From assembly GCA_016213925.1 (NCBI GenBank), contig JACQZH010000012.1, positions 1-60,993 of the forward strand: DNA of 60,993 nt, read 5' to 3'. The position numbers were made by a program, and so were the translations under genes. How positions within the stretch are numbered: position 1 is the first letter of the stretch; each line of letters begins with the position of its first letter. Source of the stretch: Candidatus Omnitrophota bacterium (GTDB taxonomy: Bacteria; Omnitrophota; Gorgyraeia; B26-G9). Shown here piece by piece: positions 44,940-53,892 of the stretch. The notes under the pieces were generated by a model. It saw nothing but the letters and a program-made list of their open reading frames with translations. It did not search any database and was not told the DNA's origin.

Positions 44940-44952
44940 CAAGGAGGAATAG

Positions 44953-46701
44953 ATGAAAAAAATCGAAAGGTTCTCAAGGAAGAGGGTAATATTAGTGTTG
45001 CTCTTGCCCGTTTTAATAATTAACTTTTGCATTAGCGGATATGTCGGTTTTGCTTTTGCTGAGGATGATTCTCAAACGGAGTTAAATGCTTGCGGTTTAG
45101 AAAAAAATATTGAAAGTGGCGGAGATGAAAAGCTAGTAACGATAAATTTTACTGAAACTGATATGCGGGAAGTGCTCAACATATTGGCATACAAAGGAGG
45201 AGTAAATATCGTTGCCGGGGATGATGTTATTACTATGGTATCTGTCCAGTTGAAAGATGTCCCTTGGGAACAGGCATTAGACGTAATTTTAAAGACTTAT
45301 AATTATACCTATAAAAAAGACGGGAATTTGATTCGGGTTATGAGCCTGGCGAGGGCGCTCGAAGAGGAAGGAAAGATTCCTTTAGTAACGAAAATTGTTC
45401 CGCTTAATTTTGCTAATGTAAAAGAGCTTAAGTCGTCTTTAGAAAAAGTATTGAGTAAGCGCGGGACCTTAGAAATTGATGAACGCACTAATTCGTTAGT
45501 TATTACGGATATCCCGGAAACAGTTAATGACATTGAGAGGGCAGCGCTGGAACTTGATAGCAGGACGCCGCAAGTACTTATTGAAGCAATGATGGTAGAT
45601 GTTAAAATTACCGATAAGGATCAATGGGGTACAATGCTAACAGTTTTAGATCTTAAGTCAAATAACAATGCAAGTAATCTCGTAACAAACATGCCAGGAG
45701 ATCAAACGAATACATTTTCTTTTGGGGCAGTTACAGATGCCCTTGATATTACATCGGTGCTTGACGTATGGATAGCACAGCAGAAAGCAACTATTTTAGC
45801 GAATCCTAAGGTTTTGACTCTTGATAATGAAGCGGCTAAAATCGCTATTACCGAAGAGATTCCCTATCTTGAAACAGTTGATTCGGGCTCAGGCACTACG
45901 ACAAATGTAAAATTTAAAGAAGCAGGGATTAAGCTTTCTGTTACGCCGCATATAACAAGCGGCCAGTTTATTTCAATGAATGTTAAGCCGGAACAAAGTT
46001 TTAAATCAGGGGAATTGCTTGGCCAGCCATTAATTGATAAACGCGAGGCTGAAACAAACCTATTAGTCAAAGACGGGCAAACAATTGTAATAGGCGGGCT
46101 GCGCCAGTTTAAGGATAACGCTACATACGAGAAGGTTCCTATTTTAGGAGATGTCCCGTTTTTTGGATTATTTTTCAGAAAAAGAGTAATTGAACAAATA
46201 GAAACTGAATTAATATTGTTTGTTACGCCCCATATTATTAGAGAGTCATTGTTAAGCGATAGAGAATTGGAATTTCTTGAGATGCTTGATAATACTGAAA
46301 AAGTTGAGATTGATGAGCGCACAGAAATGCAGCGTTTAAAAGATGGCACGGATATGCTGGTTGAAAAATTAAAAGCTTTAAAAATAGAAAAAAGAGAAGT
46401 CGATAAACGAAGGAAAAATAGTGAGCAAACTTCAGGGAGAGCAGAAAGGCAGTCTTTAAAGCGGAAACGCATAGAAGAAGATGTAAAACCTGTTAAGAAG
46501 GTGCAAGCTGAGAAAAAAAGAGAGAGGAGGGGGCAGAGGCAGATAACAGAAAAGCCAGTTGACCCTGCGGTTATTGAAGAAAAAAAAGTTGTTGCTGAGG
46601 AAAAGGCAGAAGATGAGTTTTATTTTGAAGGAACAGCATTAGATTATGAAGCTGCGCAACTTAAAGCTTCTTTGGAAAAGCTGAAACAATTGGAAAATTA
46701 A
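44953..46701 (+). CDS. pilQ: Type IV pilus secretin PilQ with a highly charged C-terminal extension
   Basis: Signal peptide, N0/N1 domains (INFTETDMREVLNILAY..), and secretin core (LANPKVLTLDNEAAKI.., VPILGDVPFFGLFFR, LILFVTPHII). Followed by about 135 aa of K/R/E-rich tail. Confidence 0.9.
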   Translation: MKKIERFSRKRVILVLLLPVLIINFCISGYVGFAFAEDDSQTELNACGLEKNIESGGDEKLVTINFTETDMREVLNILAYKGGVNIVAGDDVITMVSVQLKDVPWEQALDVILKTYNYTYKKDGNLIRVMSLARALEEEGKIPLVTKIVPLNFANVKELKSSLEKVLSKRGTLEIDERTNSLVITDIPETVNDIERAALELDSRTPQVLIEAMMVDVKITDKDQWGTMLTVLDLKSNNNASNLVTNMPGDQTNTFSFGAVTDALDITSVLDVWIAQQKATILANPKVLTLDNEAAKIAITEEIPYLETVDSGSGTTTNVKFKEAGIKLSVTPHITSGQFISMNVKPEQSFKSGELLGQPLIDKREAETNLLVKDGQTIVIGGLRQFKDNATYEKVPILGDVPFFGLFFRKRVIEQIETELILFVTPHIIRESLLSDRELEFLEMLDNTEKVEIDERTEMQRLKDGTDMLVEKLKALKIEKREVDKRRKNSEQTSGRAERQSLKRKRIEEDVKPVKKVQAEKKRERRGQRQITEKPVDPAVIEEKKVVAEEKAEDEFYFEGTALDYEAAQLKASLEKLKQLEN

Positions 46702-46774
46702 GTTTTACTTGAATGGCTATGATGCATTTCTTGAATTTTGAAAATATGCAAAAACTCAACCAAATCTACAGGGC

Positions 46775-46802
46775 TTGACAATCCGTTATTTATCCGTATA
46801 AT
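46775..46802 (+). promoter_or_regulatory. Sigma-70-type promoter candidate of the rimP-nusA-infB operon
   Basis: TTGACA, 16-nt spacer, TATAAT. Confidence 0.55.
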
Positions 46803-46835
46803 AATATATTGCTTCATCTGAGCGTAAATTTTATG

Positions 46836-46862
46836 AAGTGGGAAGATATTCCCACTTTTTTT
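46836..46862 (+). terminator. Leader terminator/attenuator between the promoter and rimP
   Basis: 9-bp stem AAGTGGGAA / TTCCCACTT with a GATA loop, followed by TTTTT. Located 14 nt before the rimP ATG. Confidence 0.65.
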
Positions 46863-46875
46863 GTGGAAAAATTTT

Positions 46876-47331
46876 ATGGATAATTCGTATGAATGCATAA
46901 AAAAAATTACGGAAACTGTTATAAAAGCTGAAAATGCCGAAATAATAGATGTTAAAATTTCAGAACAAGGGAACAGTTGCGTATTAAAAGTGATTGCTGA
47001 TAAAAATGGCGGTATTTTGCTAGATGAGTGTGTCCGGATTAATCGGCTGATTCGGTTAGAAATAGAGGAAACATTTAAGTCATTAAATATTGCTGTGGAG
47101 GTTTCTTCTCCCGGATTAGATAGAGTTTTAAAATCTGAAGATGATTTTAAAAAGGTTTTAGGTAAGATAGTAAGAATAATTACACGTATACCTGTAAATA
47201 ATAAGGTTGAATACGGCGGAAAGATTCTGGCTGCGGATGATGGTATCATAATATTGGAAATGGGAAATGGACAAAATATGAAAATACCAATTACTGAAAT
47301 CAAAAGAGCTAAATTGGAGATTAGGTGGTAA
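46876..47331 (+). CDS. rimP: Ribosome maturation factor RimP
   Basis: LEVSSPGLDRVLK motif and position upstream of nusA. Confidence 0.85.
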   Translation: MDNSYECIKKITETVIKAENAEIIDVKISEQGNSCVLKVIADKNGGILLDECVRINRLIRLEIEETFKSLNIAVEVSSPGLDRVLKSEDDFKKVLGKIVRIITRIPVNNKVEYGGKILAADDGIIILEMGNGQNMKIPITEIKRAKLEIRW

Positions 47332-47333
47332 TT

Positions 47334-48494
47334 ATGAGAAATGAATTATTACTTGTTTTGGATTATATTCAAAGAGAAAAGGGTATTGATAAAAGTGTCG
47401 TAGTTTCTGCGGTAGAGGCAGCTTTATTATCGGCTGCACGCAAGCGTTACGGAGAGGATGCGCAAATAGAAGTAAGCATTGATAGAGCTACGGGGGAAAT
47501 AATAGTTTTACGTGAAGGCAAAAAAGTTGATTCTGGAAATTTTGGCCGAATTGCCGCCCAGACAGCTAAGCAAATAATCACCCAAAAGATACGTGAAGCG
47601 GAAAGAGAAGTAGTATTTAGCGATTATCAGGCTAAGGTAGGAGATATAACAAATGGTATAGTGCATCGTTTTGAGCGCGGGAACATAATTGTTGACCTGG
47701 GAAAAACCGAGGGTGTATTATCATTTAAAGAGATTCTTCCTAAAGAGGAATTTAACCAAGGCAGCCGTGTTCGTGCGCTGATTCTGGATGTGAAAAAAAC
47801 CAGTAAGGGGCCGCAAATTATTCTTTCCCGTACTAATGCAGGGTTTGTTAAACGTCTTTTTGAATTGGAGGTTCCGGAAATTTACGAAGGGATAGTTGAA
47901 ATTAAGTCGATTTCACGTATCGCGGGAGAGAGGACAAAAGTAGCTGTTAATTCAAAGGATGATAAGATTGATAGTGTTGGCGCTTGTGTCGGTGTGCGCG
48001 GGTCTCGCATAAAAAATATTGTCCGTGAACTGCATGGAGAAAGGGTTGATATTGTGCGCTGGAGTGAAGATATTAAGGAATATGCCAGGGCGGCTTTAAA
48101 CCCTGCGAAAATAGATAAGATTGATTTATATTTAGAAGATAAAAAGATGGATATAGATGTTGCAGATGACCAGTTGTCACTGGCAATCGGGAAAAAGGGG
48201 CAAAATGTCCGCCTGGCTTCAAAGCTGATAGGATGGTCAATAAATATCAGAGGCCAGGTGGTTGCTAAGGAAGAAGAAAAGGATCTTATTATTCAGGAAG
48301 AAACTCAGCCAAGCAGCAATAAACTTGCGAAACTTGAAGGGATTGGCAAAAAAACTTGTGATGCTTTAATTGAAGCTGGATATAATAATCTGGAATTATT
48401 GGCAAATGCCCAAGTAAGTGAGTTGGTTGAAATTAAAGGTGTTGGCAAAAAGCGTGCCGAACAGATAATAGAACAAGCAAAAAAATTAATTTGA
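47334..48494 (+). CDS. nusA: Transcription termination/antitermination factor NusA
   Basis: N-terminal domain, S1 (GDITNGIVHRFERGNIIVDLG), two KH domains and a C-terminal HhH. Confidence 0.95.
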   Translation: MRNELLLVLDYIQREKGIDKSVVVSAVEAALLSAARKRYGEDAQIEVSIDRATGEIIVLREGKKVDSGNFGRIAAQTAKQIITQKIREAEREVVFSDYQAKVGDITNGIVHRFERGNIIVDLGKTEGVLSFKEILPKEEFNQGSRVRALILDVKKTSKGPQIILSRTNAGFVKRLFELEVPEIYEGIVEIKSISRIAGERTKVAVNSKDDKIDSVGACVGVRGSRIKNIVRELHGERVDIVRWSEDIKEYARAALNPAKIDKIDLYLEDKKMDIDVADDQLSLAIGKKGQNVRLASKLIGWSINIRGQVVAKEEEKDLIIQEETQPSSNKLAKLEGIGKKTCDALIEAGYNNLELLANAQVSELVEIKGVGKKRAEQIIEQAKKLI

Positions 48495-48507
48495 GAACGG
48501 AGTTTTT

Positions 48508-50460
48508 ATGGGAGTTCGAGTCTATCAGCTGGCGAAAGAGTTAGGGTTTTCGAGTAAAGAACTTATCGAAAAGCTTCAAGGTTTGCATGTTGATGTTAAA
48601 GGGCATATGAGTGTTCTTGATGAAGAAACTACAGAGTTGATCAGGCATGAGATTGAAAGCACGAAGACGGCTACGCCAAAAATAAAATCTGAAAAGGCTG
48701 CTCCGGATAAAATAATCAAAATAAAATTTCCTATCTCGGTAAAAGATTTGGCGGTTAAATTACAGGTAAGCGTTAATGACTTGATTAAAAAATTGATGTC
48801 ATTTAAGATTTTGGCAAATATTAATCAGGTTTTGGATGAGGATACGCTTAACTCTATAGCTGCTAAACTTGGTGTTTCTTTTGAAAGGGAGCTTACGGAA
48901 GAAGAAGCTTTGATTTCAAGCCATTTAAAAGGCGAAGAAAAAAATTTGGTTTTACGTTCTCCTGTAGTAACCCTTATGGGGCATGTTGACCATGGTAAAA
49001 CGTCGTTATTAGATGTTATCCGAAAGTCAAAGGTTGCGGATAAAGAATCAGGAGGGATTACTCAGCATATCGGCGCGTATAAAGTCGGTGTTTTAGGCAA
49101 AACAATAACTTTTCTAGATACTCCGGGGCACGAGGCTTTTACCGCGATGAGGGTGCGCGGCGCTAATATAACGGATATAGTTATAATTGTTGTTGCTGCC
49201 GACGACGGAATTATGCCTCAGACGATTGAAGCAATAAATCATGCGAAAGCAGCCAATGTGTCAATGGTTATAGCAGTGAATAAGATGGATGCTCCGGGAG
49301 CGGATATTGATAATGTCAGAAGGCAGCTAGCGGAAATGGATTTAACCTGCGAGGAATGGGGGGGTAAAACAATTGTCGTCGGGGTGTCTGCCAAAAAGGG
49401 AACGGGGATTGAGCATTTACTTGAAATGATTCTGCTTGAATCGGAAATGCTTGAGCTGCGGGCTGATCCTAACCGGCCGGCAAAGGGGATTATTATCGAG
49501 AGTAAACTATTAAAGGAAAGCGGGCCTGCTGCCACGGTTCTGGTACAAAATGGAACACTTAGGTTGGGAGATGTTTTTGTTTGCGGTTTAACCTGCGGTA
49601 AAATAAAGGCGATGATTAATGACCGGGGAGAACGAGTTCAAGATGCTGGCCCGGCTACTCCGGTTGAGATTTTAGGTTTGTCGGGAGTCCCACAGGTTGG
49701 CGATACTTTTTATGTTGTCGAAGATGAGAAGAAAGCAAAAGAAATTTCTCAGAAAAAAACAGAAACTGAACGAGAACAGAAATTGATACCGACTCAAAGA
49801 GTTAGCCTCGATCAGCTTTTTCAAAGCGCTCAAGAAGGACAGTGTAAGGAGCTGAAAATAATTCTTAAGGCGGATGTGCAAGGGTCTTTAGAGGCTTTGT
49901 GTAATTCTTTAAAGGAGTTGGCAACGAAGGACATCACGGTAAAAATAATCCATGCGCAGGTAGGAAACATAAATGATTCAGATATAATGCTTGCGGTGGC
50001 GAGTAATGCGGTTGTGATTGGTTTCCATGTGGCGATTGATAATAAAGCGAAGGACGAGGCGGAAAAAAAGAATATTGATGTGCGCTTATATAGAATTATT
50101 TATGAGGTGATAAATGATGTGCGTTTGAGTATGGAAGGGTTGCTGGAGCCAACCATAAAAGAAACTTTCCTCGGCAGGGCGAAAGTATTAGAGGTTTTTA
50201 AGATTTCGAATTATGGAACGATTGCCGGTTGTATGATTGTTAAAGGTAAGTTTATTAGGACTGCGGAATTGATCAGGTTGTTTCGTGCGGAGCAGTGCAT
50301 GTACGAAGGCAAGCTTTCTTCCTTAAAAAGATATAAAGATGATGTAAAAGAAGTCGGAGAAGGGCTGGAATGCGGAATTGGGCTGGATAAGTTTATGGCA
50401 ATACAACAGGATGATATTATTGAATGTTATCAAATTGAAAAGATAGCAGGAAGATTGTAA
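48508..50460 (+). CDS. infB: Translation initiation factor IF-2
   Basis: G-domain motifs [20 protein letters not shown] and NKMD. 650 aa. Confidence 0.95.
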   Translation: MGVRVYQLAKELGFSSKELIEKLQGLHVDVKGHMSVLDEETTELIRHEIESTKTATPKIKSEKAAPDKIIKIKFPISVKDLAVKLQVSVNDLIKKLMSFKILANINQVLDEDTLNSIAAKLGVSFERELTEEEALISSHLKGEEKNLVLRSPVVTLMGHVDHGKTSLLDVIRKSKVADKESGGITQHIGAYKVGVLGKTITFLDTPGHEAFTAMRVRGANITDIVIIVVAADDGIMPQTIEAINHAKAANVSMVIAVNKMDAPGADIDNVRRQLAEMDLTCEEWGGKTIVVGVSAKKGTGIEHLLEMILLESEMLELRADPNRPAKGIIIESKLLKESGPAATVLVQNGTLRLGDVFVCGLTCGKIKAMINDRGERVQDAGPATPVEILGLSGVPQVGDTFYVVEDEKKAKEISQKKTETEREQKLIPTQRVSLDQLFQSAQEGQCKELKIILKADVQGSLEALCNSLKELATKDITVKIIHAQVGNINDSDIMLAVASNAVVIGFHVAIDNKAKDEAEKKNIDVRLYRIIYEVINDVRLSMEGLLEPTIKETFLGRAKVLEVFKISNYGTIAGCMIVKGKFIRTAELIRLFRAEQCMYEGKLSSLKRYKDDVKEVGEGLECGIGLDKFMAIQQDDIIECYQIEKIAGRL

Positions 50461-50461
50461 T

Positions 50462-51454
50462 GTGAAAAAAGAAAAAAAAATAATTTTAAGCGGAATGCGC
50501 CCAACGGGAAAACTCCATTTAGGGCATTTAGTTGGTGCGCTTAATAACTGGTCAAAGCTGCAAAATGAATATAATTGTTTTTTTATGGTAGCTGATTGGC
50601 ATGCTTTGATGAGTGAGTATGAAAACCCTGCCAGTTTGCGGGAATATTCAATTGATAATGTTATTGACTGGATTAGTTGTGGAATTGACCCGCAAAAAGC
50701 AACATTGTTCATTCAGTCGCAGGTCCCGGAGCATCTTGAGCTTTTCATGATTTTTTCCTGTATTAGCCCGTTAGGCTGGCTGGAACGTTGCCCTACATAT
50801 AAAGAACAATTGCGCGAATTGACAACTAGGCATATTAATACGTATGCTTTTTTAGGTTATCCGGTTTTACAGGCTGCAGATATTCTTTTATATAAAGCGG
50901 AAGTTGTTCCTGTTGGTGAAGATCAACTTCCCCATCTTGAACTTACAAGAGAAATTTCATCAAGGTTTAATTATCTTATGAAAGAAGACGTTTTTCCTCA
51001 ACCGCAAGCGCAATTGACTGAATTCCCCAGGCTTCTAGGGCTTGACGCTAGAAAAATGTCTAAAAGCTACGATAATTATATCAGCCTTTCGGATGTTCCA
51101 GAGTTAGTAAATAAAAAAGTCATGGGAATGTTTACTGATCCTCAAAGAATAAAAAAGACCGATCCGGGACATCCGGAAGTATGTAATTTATATAACTACT
51201 ATAAGATTTTTTCATCGGAAGAGTTTTGCCTTACTATTGAAACTGATTGCCGCAAAGCAGTTATCGGGTGTACAGATTGCAAGAAAAAGTTAGCAGGTAT
51301 TTTAAATAAATGCCTTGCCCCGATACAGGAAAAAAGAGCCCAATTAATTGCGGATAAACAAAAAATAATGGATATTTTAGAAACAGGCAGTAAAAAAGCC
51401 CGCAGTGCGGCAATGGCAACTATGCAAAGGGTAAGAAAAACTATCGGCATATGA
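50462..51454 (+). CDS. trpS: Tryptophan--tRNA ligase
   Basis: GTG start. HIGH-type motif KLHLGHLVG and a KMSKS motif. 330 aa. Confidence 0.9.
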   Translation: MKKEKKIILSGMRPTGKLHLGHLVGALNNWSKLQNEYNCFFMVADWHALMSEYENPASLREYSIDNVIDWISCGIDPQKATLFIQSQVPEHLELFMIFSCISPLGWLERCPTYKEQLRELTTRHINTYAFLGYPVLQAADILLYKAEVVPVGEDQLPHLELTREISSRFNYLMKEDVFPQPQAQLTEFPRLLGLDARKMSKSYDNYISLSDVPELVNKKVMGMFTDPQRIKKTDPGHPEVCNLYNYYKIFSSEEFCLTIETDCRKAVIGCTDCKKKLAGILNKCLAPIQEKRAQLIADKQKIMDILETGSKKARSAAMATMQRVRKTIGI

Positions 51455-52197
51455 GTTATAAAATTAAGTTGGAAATTTTTGAAGGGCCGTTGGATTTATT
51501 ATTATATTTGATAAAAAAAGATCATCTTAATATCCATAATATTCCGATAGCGCAGATTACTGAACAATATTTACAATACCTGGAGTTGATGCAGCTCTTG
51601 GATTTAAATATTGCCGGTGAATTTATTGTGATGGCGGCAACATTAATGCATATTAAATCAAAGATGCTGCTTCCTCCGGATGAAACTGAACAGGAGGCGA
51701 TTGAAGATGATGATCCTCGTGAGGAATTAGTTAGGAAACTTCTCGAGTATAAGAAATTCAAGGAAGCGGCGGGATTCCTTGAAAATTGTGAATCAATCCA
51801 AAGAAAGGTTTTTAAACGGGTAAACCCTGGAGCAAATATTGAAGCAGAAGAAGAGGTGTTTTTCGAAACCAGCCTTTTTGATTTGATCAGTGCTTTTTCT
51901 AAAGCGCTCAAAGAAATTCCGCGTGATATATTTCGTGAGATTATTAATGATGAATTTACGGTTTCAGGCAAGATCCATGATTTGCTGCATATACTGGTTA
52001 AAAAGAAAAAGATATTATTGACTGATTTATTCATTCAATCTAAGAATAAGAATGAAATCATCGCAACTTTTTTAGCGGTTTTAGAACTTATTCGGCAGAA
52101 AGAAATTGTTGCTGCGCAAAAAGATCTTTTTGGTGGGATTTTTATTTTTCTTAATGAGGAGCGTATTGTGCCTGCTATGCATGTGAGTACAATTTAG
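51451..52197 (+). CDS. scpA: Segregation and condensation protein A
   Basis: FEGPLDLLLYLIKK N-terminal kleisin motif. ATGA overlap with trpS. Confidence 0.85.
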   Translation: MSYKIKLEIFEGPLDLLLYLIKKDHLNIHNIPIAQITEQYLQYLELMQLLDLNIAGEFIVMAATLMHIKSKMLLPPDETEQEAIEDDDPREELVRKLLEYKKFKEAAGFLENCESIQRKVFKRVNPGANIEAEEEVFFETSLFDLISAFSKALKEIPRDIFREIINDEFTVSGKIHDLLHILVKKKKILLTDLFIQSKNKNEIIATFLAVLELIRQKEIVAAQKDLFGGIFIFLNEERIVPAMHVSTI

Positions 52198-52199
52198 AG

Positions 52200-52931
52200 G
52201 TGATGGATATGAATGAAATGCAAGTTAAGCAGATTATTGAAGCATTATTATTTGTTTGCGAAAAACCGCTAACCTTAAAACAAATCCAGGAAGTTTGTTC
52301 GGATTTTGAACTTACGCAGGTTAGATTAGCCATAAAATCTTTGCAGGAAGATTATAATAATTCTGAACGCGGGATTCAGGTAACTGAAGTTGCCGGAGGA
52401 TACCAGTTTGCAACACATCCGGATTGCGCAGAACATATTAAAAAGCTTTATAAGACACGCAGGATTTTTAGGCTTTCTGCGCCTGCTCTTGAAACTGTGG
52501 CAATTATAGCATATAAACAGCCGATAACTAGGGCTGAAATAGAATTTATCCGGGGTGTTAATGTAGATGGTGTGGTTAAAACACTTGAGGAAAGAGGATT
52601 AATAAAGGAAAAAGGAAGAAAAGAAGTCCCTGGTAAACCGATTCTTTACGGAACAACAGAAGAGTTTTTGCATTATTTCGGCTTAAAATCAGTGGATGAA
52701 TTACCAAGCCTTGAAAGTTATATCGATACTTTGTCTAAGCACGAAGAAAATATGGCTAAATCTGAAGAAGAGATAAAAGTTCAGGATCAAAGTCCTGAAA
52801 ATACGCCTGCTCAGGAAGAACCGGATTTACCGCAAGACCTGACAAAGGCGGAACAATATGAAGCAACAACAGAAGAGGGAGAGGTTAAAAATGAGCAAAG
52901 TGAGCATTCAGAATCTGCGAAAAGCAATTGA
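52200..52931 (+). CDS. scpB: Segregation and condensation protein B (with an acidic C-terminal extension)
   Basis: IIEALLFVCEKPLTLKQI, GYQFATHPD and tandem winged-helix architecture. Confidence 0.85.
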   Translation: MMDMNEMQVKQIIEALLFVCEKPLTLKQIQEVCSDFELTQVRLAIKSLQEDYNNSERGIQVTEVAGGYQFATHPDCAEHIKKLYKTRRIFRLSAPALETVAIIAYKQPITRAEIEFIRGVNVDGVVKTLEERGLIKEKGRKEVPGKPILYGTTEEFLHYFGLKSVDELPSLESYIDTLSKHEENMAKSEEEIKVQDQSPENTPAQEEPDLPQDLTKAEQYEATTEEGEVKNEQSEHSESAKSN

Positions 52932-53892
52932 TGCTTTAGATGAAAAGCTGATTGCCATTTTGAATGAACGCACAAAACTGGCAATTGATATCGGCAAATT
53001 AAAATCGCGGTTAAAAAAACCAGTATATACACCGGCACGAGAACAACAGATTTATGCACATATTAAAAAATTCAACAAAGGCCCTTTAAAACCCGAAATG
53101 CTTATGGCAGTTTATCGGGAAGTAATGTCTTCAACGATTATGCTGCAAAAACCAATGAAAGTTGCTTATTTGGGTCCGCAGGCGACTTTTACTCATCTGG
53201 CAAGCATGAAAAGGTTCGGCTCTGCTGTAGATTATAAGGGAATGCAAACGATAACCGATGTTTTTAACGAAGTAGAACGCGGGAATTGTGATTTCGGAGT
53301 TGTCCCGGTGGAAAATTCAATAGAAGGTGCGGTGAATCATACCTTGGATATGCTGGTTGATACTGATTTGAAAATTTGTTCGGAAATCCTGCTGGATATT
53401 TCGCATAATTTACTAGCCAATTGTTCAATTAATGAAATAAAAAGGATTTACTCTAATCCGCAGGTTTTTGGACAATGCCGTCTTTGGCTGGAAAGCAATT
53501 TACCGAACCGTGAACTTATTGAAGTTAGCAGTACGACAAAAGCTGCAGAAATTGCAAAGCTGGAAAAGGGATCAGCTGCTCTTGCCAGCAGCTTGGCGGC
53601 GCAGATATATAAGCTAAAACTTATTGTGGAATCCATAGAGGATAGCCCGCATAATGTTACGCGTTTTCTAGTGATCGGAAAAAAAGAAGCAAGCCGGACC
53701 GGGCATGACAGGACTTCCATTGTTTTTTCGGTTAAGGATAAGGTCGGTGCATTGCATGATATGCTGGTGCCTTTTAAAATCATGAAGATAAATTTAACGA
53801 AAATAGAATCAAGGCCTTCAAAGAAGAAAGCCTGGGATTATTATTTCTTTGTTGATATGCAGGGGCATATAAGTGGTAAAAATTGTATATGA
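52891..53892 (+). CDS. pheA: Bifunctional chorismate mutase / prephenate dehydratase (P-protein) with a shortened ACT domain
   Basis: Chorismate mutase helix (LRKAIDALDEKLIAILNERTKLA), prephenate dehydratase domain (VAYLGPQATFTH.., VPVENSIEGAV), and ACT region ending right after FFVDMQGH. ATG 52891 with RBS GGGAGAGG. Confidence 0.85.
   Translation: MSKVSIQNLRKAIDALDEKLIAILNERTKLAIDIGKLKSRLKKPVYTPAREQQIYAHIKKFNKGPLKPEMLMAVYREVMSSTIMLQKPMKVAYLGPQATFTHLASMKRFGSAVDYKGMQTITDVFNEVERGNCDFGVVPVENSIEGAVNHTLDMLVDTDLKICSEILLDISHNLLANCSINEIKRIYSNPQVFGQCRLWLESNLPNRELIEVSSTTKAAEIAKLEKGSAALASSLAAQIYKLKLIVESIEDSPHNVTRFLVIGKKEASRTGHDRTSIVFSVKDKVGALHDMLVPFKIMKINLTKIESRPSKKKAWDYYFFVDMQGHISGKNCI

Noticed and set aside
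46698-47303. The 201-aa minus-strand ORF opposite rimP. Similar long antisense ORFs occur at 45864-46472, 43008-43541, 51522-52034, 34087-34548, 55478-55915 and 16088-16492.
   Set aside because: Each lies entirely antisense to a well-supported + strand gene with clear family motifs. They have low-complexity, S/I/F/L-rich translations typical of shadow ORFs in AT-rich DNA, and no RBS.
50440-50480. A T-box or leader upstream of trpS.
   Set aside because: trpS starts 2 nt after the infB stop, so there is no room for a leader RNA.
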